A DNA stretch of 64,000 bases, taken from assembly GCF_000315625.1 (NCBI RefSeq), contig NW_005434600.1, positions 291,150 through 355,149 of the forward strand, given 5' to 3'. Each line of letters starts with the position of its first letter. Position 1 is the first letter of the stretch. This document shows, in pieces, positions 11,906 to 22,914 of this stretch. This DNA comes from Guillardia theta CCMP2712. Its lineage: Eukaryota; Protista; Cryptophyta. The notes below the pieces were generated by a model. It made no database searches and had not been told where the DNA came from. It saw nothing but the letters and a program-made list of their open reading frames with translations. A program made the translations under genes and the position numbers.

Positions 11906-12922
11906 TACAACGTTTTATGATTAAAACTTGTTATTAAAAGGTCCTTATAAAGATTAAACAATAAATATTTTACTTTGTACGAGAGTTTTATATCGATAGA
12001 TTCAAATCATTTTTCATGTTCCGGTTTATCGCAAAGTTTCAAAACAAATAACAATATTTCATGAATTTGAAACTGAAATATATTTTTATTATTAAGAACA
12101 TACAAATAATTGTCTTTGCTCCCACCAGTCATTGATATACCCCTACCCCCTTCATTATAAACATTTCTTTTTGATATCGTCTTGCTTGGAGATTTATCTC
12201 TATTTGATCATGGCCCAGGGCTAAAGTGTCTCACTCATGGCAGGAGGTACTACCCCTACCCTGTCAAAATGTACCCCAACCCCCTTATAAAAAGAAACAC
12301 CACGAGGATGCGGCGGGGGGGAGGGCAGGAGGGCAGTGCAGAGGAAACCGTCTTCCGCAGAGGAGAGGATGGCGAAGCAGATGAGATGCGAAGATGTTAG
12401 CGAGAGAAGAGGGAGAGAAAGACTAAGTTTGAGCATGAAGTTGATGGGGAGGTTTTGATACATTAGATAGAGCATGCACCAAACAATTAGTGCGGTGGGA
12501 TTTTCAATAGAAGCCAAGGTCTGGCGGCCCGCAATCGAAAGTCCCTGGACAGGGGTGTGTGTCTATCATGGACGTTCTTGTAAGATGCAGATATTGTGAT
12601 AGTACTTGATGAATCCGATTGAGCCCATCACAATGTCATAGTCTTAGGGTATTCTGAAACACAGATCCGGAAGTGAGTGTACTAGTGTGGTCGAGCCAGA
12701 GTTGTCTATATTTTCAGGAATTCACTAGAAATTTGAGAAACTTTCTTCTGACACCAACGATATGAGCGTTGGAAAGTACATACACTTTTTGCTGGTTCTG
12801 ATATTTCATACAAGATCGAAGGGATATATGAACAGACTCTGAACCAACCTGCCTAAGTTCGAGACCCGTGCGATAAGAGAGTACTGATCAAGGACAGCGC
12901 CAGCTACAAACTTCTCTTCAGC

Positions 12923-15281
12923 ATGCCATCCTTTGATTTCTTGGTTGTGATGGATTTCCAAGTGACGCGTGGGGGAGATGTTGACATTGACGGGGTTCAC
13001 GAGATCATTGAATTTGCCTGGTTGATGGTGGATGTGAATAGCAAGGTCGTGACGGAATCGAAGCAGACTTACGTGAAGCCAGAAATGCATCCTGTGCTCT
13101 CGGAAGGATGCGTATCCCTCACTGGGATCAGCCAAGAGATCGTTGACGGGGGATGCAAGCTGCAGGACTGCGTGTCGGAATTCAACGACTTTGTTTACAA
13201 GAACATCACTTCGCAGAACAAGGACTTCTGCATCGTGACGGACGGTGATGTGCATCTGAAACGTTGGTTGCGATCCGATGCGAAAAGGAAGAACATAAAG
13301 CTCGCCGCGCATTACGCCCGCTACGTCGACCTGCGCTCGGAGTTCATCAACCTGCACCCCAACTTTGCCGGGGCCATGAACGCGATCTCGATAGCAGATC
13401 GACTCAATGTGTATATTCCGGAAGAAGTGGACGGTGGATTGAAGATGTGTGACATCATCGGGCAAGTTGTGATCAAGATGCTCCTGGGCGGAGCTCCGAT
13501 GCAGAAGACCATCACCATTCCTGATGAGTACGACCCGACAGCTGACCCCTTGTACGCGATCGGAGGGGCGAAGTACATGGAGATTTCACGAGCATTGGAC
13601 TCGAGAGAGCCAGCGCTATCGATGATTGCTAGGGTGAGAGGTCTGCCATACTCCGCGGCTACCGCGGACATCGAAGAGTTCTTCAAAGGCTGTGCGATTT
13701 TGAAGGATGGGATTAACTTTGTCCTGAGCCATGGTGGGCGCCCGGCAGGAGAGGCGTTCGTGACGTTCGAGACTGAGAATGACTGCAGACGTGCGCTGAT
13801 GAGAGACAGGGACCTGATGAACAAGAGATATGTGGAGGTGTACCCCAGTAGCGAAGATGAAAAGCACGTTGCTATCACGAGTGCGGTCTCCTACGCCCAG
13901 GACGATCAGAGCAGCGGGGGAGACCCTTCGACTAGTTACAAGGGAGTGGTGAAGTTGCGAGGACTGCCATACTCCATCACGGCTGACGACATCCGGAGCT
14001 TCTTTGGGCACTTGAGCATCAAGGAGGACGGGATAATCATCTGCCTGAATCGCGAGAGGAGGAACAACGGCGAGGCCTTTGTGGAGTTCACGGACGAGTA
14101 CGTTGTGGACGAAGCTGTAAAGAAAGACCGGCAGATGATTGGCAGCAGATACGTGGAGGTATTCCGCTCTTCTAAAGCGGACATCGACGCGTATCACAAG
14201 GAGAAGGAGGCCGGGCCCTCGTCGCAGAGGTACACCATGTCAGCCAACGGAGAGTTCTTCCTGAAGATGCGAGGGCTGCCCTTCTCGATCAGAGAGCCTC
14301 AGCTCATGGAGTTCTTCCAAAAGGCCGACGTCACTCCCATCGGGATCTGCCTTGTGTACAATAGTCGAGATTATCCCACCGGGGAGGCCTTCGTCGAGTT
14401 TGCCACTGGGCAGGACTTGATGGTGGGTTGACCTGCTCCTCTCCTCCTGCGATCTGACCTTTCCCAACAGAAAGGGCTGACGTTGCATCGAGAGAATATT
14501 GGTCACCGCTACGTGGAGCTGTTCAGGACGACAAGAACAGCTGCTATGTACGCGCTTCGCATGCCCTTCTATCCTCCTGGCCCCCCTGCTCCTCCTCCTG
14601 CTATGATGAGTCACGCGCCATACTACGATCTTGGAGGCTATGATATGCCACAGGTAGGCCAACACTTGTGTCGCACTCTTGCTCCCTTGTGTTCAGTTTT
14701 CTCCCTCCCCTCCTCCTCGATCTCTCATCCTCCCCCCGCTCTGTCTCCCGCTCTCTCTCCCTCCCTCTCCCCCCCCCCCCTCTCTCCCTTCCTTCCTCCC
14801 TCTCCCTTGCAATATCTACATTCACAGTCTCCTATTTCTCCTCCTCTCCTTCCCTATCTCACTCTTTCCTCTTGCTTCACAGGCCATGCCGCCGATGCCG
14901 CATGCGATGGGAATGCATGCTCCTTACAATCCCATGGGTATGGACCCGACGGGAATGCAGGGGATGATGGGGATGGACATGAGCGGCATGGCCATGGCTG
15001 GCATGCCGGCGATGAACGGGTACATGACTGGGATGCCCTCAAACGCGGGCTGCGTCAAGATCCGAGGGCTCCCTTACCGAGCGACAGTCAACGACATCGC
15101 CGACTTCTTCAACGGGTTTGCCTTCAACCGAGAGACGATTCAGATCAGCATGGGGTACGACGGGCGGTCGACGGGAGAAGGTTGGATTACGTTTGACACG
15201 CCGGAGGAAGCGAGTCGGGCAGTCTCGATGAGGAACGGGCAGAACATTGGGAACCGGTACGTGGAGCTTTACATGGTCTGA
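12923..15281 (+). CDS. ESRP/Fusilli-like protein: ERI-1-like DEDDh (pseudo)exonuclease plus four hnRNP F/H-type qRRMs; exons 12923-14422, 14471-14653, 14883-15281
   Basis: FLVVMDFQVT, EIIEF, YVKP, LTGISQE, IVTDG (ERI-1 fold); four RGLP[YF]...GE[AG][FW][VI]xF...RYVE[VL][FY] repeats; GT-AG introns preserve frame. Confidence 0.9.
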
Positions 15282-16425
15282 TTCAGCTGGTGGCTAGCTG
15301 GAGCAGGAAGGTGGGAGGGACTGCAAGGCGAGGGGGATGAAGGGTGAAGGAGGGAGGTGAGGGGAAGATGAGTCGACGGAGCCTGGCGCACAAAAGCATG
15401 GCAACAAGGTAGTCAAAAAAAACTGACAAGATGAAGTTCATAAATATATTCATTACGACAACAAGAGTTAGGCATGTACATGCGTTATCATTGCAACATA
15501 CAGCTTTCAAGGAAAACTTGCAGTATCTGTACATCTTTGCTCATTTGAGGTGGTCAAGGACGATTTCATTACTCCTCACACTTCGAGAATGTTGCAACCA
15601 AATGCGTTGGACTTCCAACTACATACCTGCCCGCCTGCCGGCATCTGCCGCTGGTTCTAGCATTGTCCATCCTGTTCCCCCGGGTCTTCTGTCTCCATCT
15701 CCCTCATCCCTCCCTCTCTGTCTCTCTCCTTCTACCATTATCTGTCCCTAGCACGTTCCGTTTCCTCCACTGCTCTTGTAGTCGTCTAGATTTCTCTGTC
15801 ATCTCTCCCATCTTTTCAACTCTTGACCCCTCTCCTTCTTCCGTACCTTTCTCTGCTCATTCGCTGACCCAGCTCTCTCCCTTACACCTTTCCCCCCTAT
15901 CTCTCCTGTTCGCGTCTGCTACAATTCCCTCCTCCCTCTTCCTCCTCCCTCTCTCTCTCCCCTCCCTTCTCTCCCCTCCCCGCTCGTACACCCCTCCTCC
16001 TTCCTTCATCCTCTCTTTCCCCTTCACCCTTCCCCTCCCTCCCTCCTCCTACCCTCTCCACTTCCTTCTCTCCTCCACTTTCCTGCCATCCTCCTCCTCC
16101 TCCTCCTCCTCCTCCTCCTCCTCCTCCTTCTCCCACCCTCCTGCTCCCCCCCACTTGGTTCGGCCCTCCACCTTTCCCACGTGTTCCACCCCTACCCCCT
16201 GAGATTCCATCCTTTCTACTAACCAAGGTAGGGTACTTGAGACTCGAACAACAACACCCACCCTCCATATGAAAGAGTTTCTTGGGGGATTAGGGGGGTA
16301 CTGAAGGGATACATTCCTTTTTTTTTCTTTCTTTAGTCAGGAGGCTCCCTCCTACCCTCCTGCTGCCTGGGAGGCGGGGGGGTACTTGGGGGTTTCATAA
16401 ACGGCATGGAGCACAAGGGCAGCAA

Positions 16426-16498
16426 GCTCTCATAGCGCAGTTGGTAGCGCGTCGCTCTGATAAGGCGAAGGTCATCGGTTCGAGCCCGGTTGAGAGCA
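16426..16498 (+). tRNA. tRNA-Ile (anticodon GAT)
   Basis: 73-nt cloverleaf: acceptor GCTCTCA/TGAGAGC, D stem GCGC/GCGC, anticodon stem TCGCT/GGCGA with loop CTGATAA (GAT at 16459-16461), T arm ATCGG-TTCGAGC-CCGGT, discriminator A, TTTT shortly downstream. Confidence 0.95.
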
Positions 16499-16879
16499 CG
16501 CGGAGCTTAATCTTTTGCTCTCGTACATTTCAGTTGGAACCGGATTGAACCATCTACCCAAGTGAGTTATGTAACTTGCGGCCTTCGGGCCAGAATTCAG
16601 TTTTGTCCCTCCGTCACGGTCCGAGTTTCCACCCTCCGGCATTCGGGCCCCGGCCGGACTGTACGGTCAGCCACTCACTACCCTCAGAGATGACTCAGGC
16701 TTGGAGTGCGCTTTCAAGGGCCCGTGACTTTTCAGTCAACCCTGAGTAGCAACAAGACTTTACATATGAACACGTCCAAGACTAGCTTGCCTCCCTTGCC
16801 TCTCCCGCTTACTGTACACTCAAACAATGTGACCCCCTCCGAGTCTCGCGGCTGCCCGGCCCACCGCTCTCCTCCTCTT

Positions 16880-19800
16880 CCTCACTGACTCTCCTCAGCA
16901 GCTGCACTTTCCTCCTCCTCTGCCTTGAGCGCGTCATCCTCTCCCTCGTTCAGCAGCAGCGCGTTGCTCTCAGTCCTACCAGACAGTCAAGCAGGCAGGT
17001 CAAGTCAGCGCTAGGTACCTCTTGTGCCGGCTCTTCCTGGCCGAGGAGAGAGGAGAGGCTTCTGCTCGAGTGTCAGAGACAAGGGAAGGGCAGTCGAGTG
17101 AGGGAGAGGAGAGGAAGGGCCGAAGGGCGGAATGGGGGGGGGGGGGTGGGGGGGGAAGGCAAGAGGGGTGAAGGGGAGAGAGGACAAGGGTGAGGGAGAG
17201 AGGAGGGGTGGGGTGGAGGAGGGGAGGGACGGAGGGAGGCAGGGAGGAAGAGAGAGGAAAAGGGGGAAAACCTGGACTCAATGAAAGTCCTCGTGAGAAG
17301 GAGTTCCTTCTCGGAAGGAAACGAGCACTCCTGGAGGAGAAACTTCAGGGATGGGGCGGGAGGGGCAGGAAGGGGAGCAGGAGGAGCAGGAGGACAGGAG
17401 GAGCAGGAGGACAGGAGGAGCAGGAGGACAGGAGGAGCAGGAGAAAGAAAGGGGGGAAAGGAGGAAGGGGCACAAGGGCAGGAGCAAGGCGACACCTTGG
17501 AGACTCTGAATACTTGAGGTCGGCATCCCCAGATGCATGTGGGGACCTGAGCAGAAGGTGAGGAAAGCAAAGTGGAAGGGTGGAGGGTGAAGAGAGCCAG
17601 GGAGCAGCAGAGGGAGCGGGAGGAGAGGAGAAGTAGAGGGATGGAAGAGGAGGGGGAGAAGGAGACGAGAGATGGTGGAGGGGAAAAGGGACGGTGAAGG
17701 AGGGGGGAGGGGAACAGAGGAGGGGAACAGAGGAGGGGAACAGAGGAGGGGAACAGAGGAGGAGAAGGGAGGAAGAGAAGGGAGGGGAAGCAGGAGGATG
17801 ACTGACTTTTCTCTGTACCCCGGGATCGGGGAGGACGGGGCAGTCTTGTAGGCTCTTTCGCCATTGAACGGCTTCAGGAGGCTCTCTGCGGAGGAGAGGG
17901 ACTGCGCGCTGACTGAAGCATGCAAGGAAGGGATGAGCGACTCCTGGTCAGGTCGACGAGGATGCTGAGAAGGAGGGAGGGGCAGCGGAGACGGAGGGAG
18001 AGGAAGAAGAGGGAATGAGAGGAGGAGGACGAGGACGAGGACGAGGAGGACCAGGACCGGGACCAGGACCAGGACGAGGAGGAGGAAGGGAAATTGGGAG
18101 AGAGAGGGAGGAACAAGTCAGCAACGACAACCTCAGCAGTCTCCTTCTTCTAATCTCACCTGATCCAACCTTGCTGCTTTCTTCCTTGAGCCAATCTTGA
18201 TAGGAGGAGACAGAGTGTTGGCACATTCAACTCCCTCCAGCTTCTTCTCTGCCCCTTGCTGACTGTCCCCTGCACCGCCGTCAACACTTGTCCCCCCTCC
18301 CGCTGCTCCCCGACCTGACTCTCTTCCTCTGCTCTCGGTCTCGGACTTGTCCAGCTGCGCGCTGGAGCTTTCTGGATCGTCCGAGCTGAACTCCAGCCTT
18401 CTTGACCTCCCTCCTCGCTCATCTCGCCCTGTCACTCCCCATCACTTGCCCAGCAGGGGAGCATGAAGACAACCTGTCAAGTGCGGATCGCTGGAGGCCC
18501 GGACGGAGCAGTACGTCAACTTCGTTTCCTCCTCCTCTCCCTCCTGCGGGGAGGTACCCCTGCGATGTCTTGAGACGAAGAGTGAGGAGCGAGGAGGCGC
18601 GGGGGCGGAGAGAGGAAGGGAAGGGAAGGGAGGGAGGCAGGCAGGGAGGGAGGGAGGGAGGCAGGCAGGCAGGCAGGGATGGAGGCAGGCAGGCAGGCAG
18701 GGATGGAGGCAGGCAGGCAGGCAGGCAGGGAGGGAGGGAGGGAGGGAGGGAGGGAGGGAGGCAGGGATGGATGGAGGGAGGCAGGCAGGGAGAGAGGGAG
18801 GCAGGCAGGCAGGGAGGGAGGGAGGCAGGGAGGGAGGCAGGGAGGGAGGCAGGGAGGGAGGCAGGGAGGGAGGGAGGGAGGGAGGGAGGGAGGGAGGGAA
18901 ACAAAGCAAAGACTCACCTCTCCTCATTCTTCTCCCCTCTTTCCTCCTCTCCGTTCTCCTGCCCCTCCTCCTCTCTCTCTCCCACATCCTCCGACTCGAC
19001 GACCACAATCGTCACCTCCCCCGCCCCCTTGCTCAGAGTGTCCGCGTGCCTCGTGTGACCGTTGAGGCAAGGGCGAGCCTCCTCCTGCCTGCTTCCTTCC
19101 TCCAACCTGCTCCATCCTCGTCAGCAGAGCGGCGAGAGGTAGCATGCGCATTACCCGTCAGAGGGGAGGACATCGATGAGGACGCACTGCTTGATCTGGC
19201 AACGGCACATGGGGCAGGGCTGGTGCCGCACGATGACCTACAAGCATAACCATGAGCACTGATTCATCCTATTCCCTCCCCGTTTCCTTGATCCCTCCCT
19301 CTTCTCTTTCTTCCTTCCTCATCCTCCTTCCCCTCCTCGTATCCTCCCATTGTTTTCTCTCTCCCCCTCTTCGTCTTCATCCTTGCTCGTTCCTTTGAAC
19401 TGGTCGAATCCGATCCATCGTCCTCAACCTCCTCACTGCAGCCCTGATCCCCAGTACACGTCTCATCCTTCCACTTTGCTTCCCCTGCCTCCTGCCTCCT
19501 GCCTCCTAGTCGTTGTCTTTCACCTGTCGAGCGCAGTCGAAGCAGCAGCATGCATGGCCGCACTCGAGGAAAACCGTCTCGCTCTTTTGCTCCCAACAGA
19601 TGATGCATGGGTGACCCTCGGGAGGGGAAGCGTCCTCCAACCTCTTGGTTGGTACATACCCCTCCCTGCAGCACAGCTCCTCCTCGTCAAAGGTCTCGTT
19701 CTGAGAGGAACTTGGTCAACATAACATCTGCTCGCAAACTTGTCGTTTCATCACCTCGAAGGGCCGACGGTAGAGATCATCTCCAATCTGAATGAGGATC

Positions 19801-21780
19801 TGAAACAACCCACCGTCGTCATTTCATGCGGCACCTCTTCTCCTGTCCTGTCCTGTCCTGTCCTGTCCTGTCCTGTCCTGTCCTGTCCTGTCCTGTCCTG
19901 TCCCCGCTCCCCGCTCCACTTCTCTGCTCTCTTGTCTTTTCGTCGTTTTGCTTATACTCATCTCATGTCTTCTCTTCTCTTCTCTTCTCTCTGCTCCTCT
20001 CCTCTCCTCTTCTCTCTTCTCGCACCTTCGGCTTCTCCCCATCAAAAGCCGTGGCAGCCTCCTCCAAGTTCTCCATCTCCGCCATTCGCTCGATCTCGTT
20101 GTTGTTGGACAACTGCGTGCCCAGTCGATTGATCTGACAAACAGTTATTACAAAGAGACGGCAGGCCATGGAAGAAGAAACAAACACAACTCCAAGACAA
20201 AAAATCAAAACAACTGACCACTTCCTCGGAGAAGAAAACAACCCAGATCTCTATCACACAGAAATAGGCGAACATGACGATGAGCGGAGCGATGAAGGCC
20301 TGAAGCAAGTCAGCCAGACAGCTGGGGAGGCGGACGAAGGAGTCGTGGTACTGACGTATGCTGAAGAGGAATCCCCCTCCAAGTAGTTCGCCAGGTGCAC
20401 CAGTGCTATCGAGGTGCAGATCGCAGCAAAGATCGCAAACGACCAGATCGCCTGGGGAGAGGGTGAGCAAGAGCAACTGGTGGAGTCTTCCACGTACAAC
20501 GAGCAAGACGGGATGGGCGTAAGTGCGAAGGTTGACGTATCTGCCATGGTTCAACAGCTTCATGCAAGCCATGCATGGCAACAGTATGGACAACAACAGA
20601 GCCACTCCACAGAAGATTCCTGATAACAAGTTCACAGATCTCCCCACCTCCTCCTCGCGGAAGTTGGTACCTGTTGCTAGCCACACAGGCCAGAAGACTG
20701 CCGACCAGGTCCATTCCAAGACTCCGTCAAGCTTCAAGGAGATGAAGAGAGTGCACAGGAGCTGGAGCTCTATCACCGACGATTGCTTCTTGAAGTCCCG
20801 AGCACTCATTGCATCGTTGAGATTCTTGATTGCCGTGTGCAGGATGATCAACATCACAACCAGCTGCAGCCAGACCGGAGACGCGATCACTCTGTACCAC
20901 CAGTCGATCACTCCGTCAAGTCTCAGCGAGAAGAGGATGAAGAACAGGGCTCGCAAGAGCCCGTTGCAGCAGTCGTTCTTGGCCATGATCCTCTTATACA
21001 CAACGTTCACCAGCGTCGCCCTCTCTCTCTGGGACAGCAAGATCATCGCCGGGATGATGGAGAAGATCTGCTGCACAATGAGAGGAACGAAAACGCCGAG
21101 GAACGTGATGGGATCGTTCTCGCATCTCGCGCGCCGGTAGCAAGGGTTGTCTTTCAATTTCACCAAGAGGAGGACAGAGAACGCGAGGAAGAACGGCATC
21201 TTCAGCTGCAGCATCTTCTCGATCTTAGGGTACATCGCGTGAATATCCGGCATCATTCCAATGGGCAACCTCCCAGCAATCCACGTGGCAGCGCCAAGCT
21301 CAAAGAGTCTGCTGTTCGACGTCCAGGGCTACATGATTGCTGTTGGAGATGTTGTCTTGCTTATGAGTCCATGGGCTCTCTTGCGCATCATCGTTCACTG
21401 GCGAGTCTCACGCATATCTGCCAGGAGGAGATGTTCAGAGATGGAGTCAACATCTACCATCGTGGGTTGACATCATGCAGGGCAGCTGAGCACTAAAGAG
21501 AATAAACCAACAAGGGCATTTAGATGTACGCAAGAAGCAGCGCGAGATGGAGAAAAGAAATGTCTGACTATCGATGGTACGAGCATCATATTCAAGTGCA
21601 TGCAGAGACTTGCGTAAGCACATCACATGCATACAGGCGTGTCCAAAGAGAGACTTTGCAGAGGACAAGGAGGAACCTCTATCGACCCTTTCGCCCCCTC
21701 GTATGGGGAGGAAGGACAGGGGGGCATGAGAAACAAAGTGGGATTGAAGAGACAAGACATGATGAGAAGAATAACCATCA
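16880..21780 (-). CDS. Multi-pass membrane protein (TMEM185/Fragile-X-F-associated repeats) with C3HC4 RING; probable E3 ligase; multi-exon, ends approximate
   Basis: SLRLDGVIDWWYRVIASPVW and SLKLDGVLEWTWSAVFWPVW repeats; RING CIICWEQKSETVFLECGHACCCFDC (19607-19530) spliced to HQPCPMCRCQI (~19235-19190). Confidence 0.8.
18625..18900. repeat. (GGGA/GGCA)n intronic microsatellite
   Basis: Direct reading. Confidence 0.9.
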
Positions 21781-22914
21781 TATCATAAATGAGGGCATAG
21801 CCAAACTCGACCCGACCAAGAGGTCATCATTGCTCTAGGAGGGAGATGGATAGTCAGGTGCGCATTGATTGCGGAAGGCGAGTGGAAGACAAGACATGGA
21901 TCATGAGGCGAAGATCAGAGCAAGAGCATGATGTGTGTCTTTTGACTTTCTCTCCACCATCGCCCCTGCATCGCGAGCTGAATGCAAACGAAAGCGCATC
22001 AGGACATATCGACATCGCAAGCCGGGGCTGGAAAGAAGCACCAGAGGAGGTGGGGTTATCTTTCATAGGTGCATAGGGGTACTCGTTGACATGGAGGGTT
22101 GCTATGGAATAAGGGGGTAGGGGTACGAGAAAGTTGTTCTGCCAACGGGTAGGGTACGACTCGACGAAACGAAATTCCATATCAAGGGTGGGTACTTTAC
22201 TATGGGTAGGGCGGTGAATTTGGTGGGGTATGGAAATTCCATAACATCACCGGTGGTGTACGGAAAAACATTTTTGAAGAACAAATCAGGGGTGGATGTG
22301 CAAAAGGTCACTTTAGACCGGTCCTTTTCCCTCAAAAATTGTGAAGCACCGGGTCATGATAGGCAACAAAATCAATTAAAACAAGGGGTACTTGTAAAAA
22401 TCTGATGGTACTACCGGTACTATTTCTATTTCTCGGATCTTCAGAAAGGTAGGGTCAGTCGAATACGACTAGTATCAAAGGGGGGTGGGTGTAATGTCTT
22501 GTGAAAGGGGGTGGTAAAACTTGAGTATGGACAAGGGTGGGGTACACCATGTGAGGCAGGGTGAAGGGGTCCAATCATCAGCTTTAACATGCTGGCACTG
22601 ACTGACAATCCGGCCTTGAACCGGCGGCGGCCCGGCGCGGCCCGGCATCGGAACTTCGGAAGCCGGGCCGGCGGGCCGGGGGAGGGCCGGGCTACACTTT
22701 AGTCACAAGTCCGACTGCCGGAGGAGAGTGACCGTACGGTGACCTGTGGCATCTCTTCAAAGGCATTTCTTCAAAGTGTTCAACCACAAACTTTCATGGC
22801 ATCTCCCACTCAGTTTCAACTTGGGCCCGGACTGATATCACTTTATTGAATCAGCATGATCTAGTTAGAGCATGTTGCGGGTCTGCCTTACTCATTCTGA
22901 GCCTCCAAGGCCAT

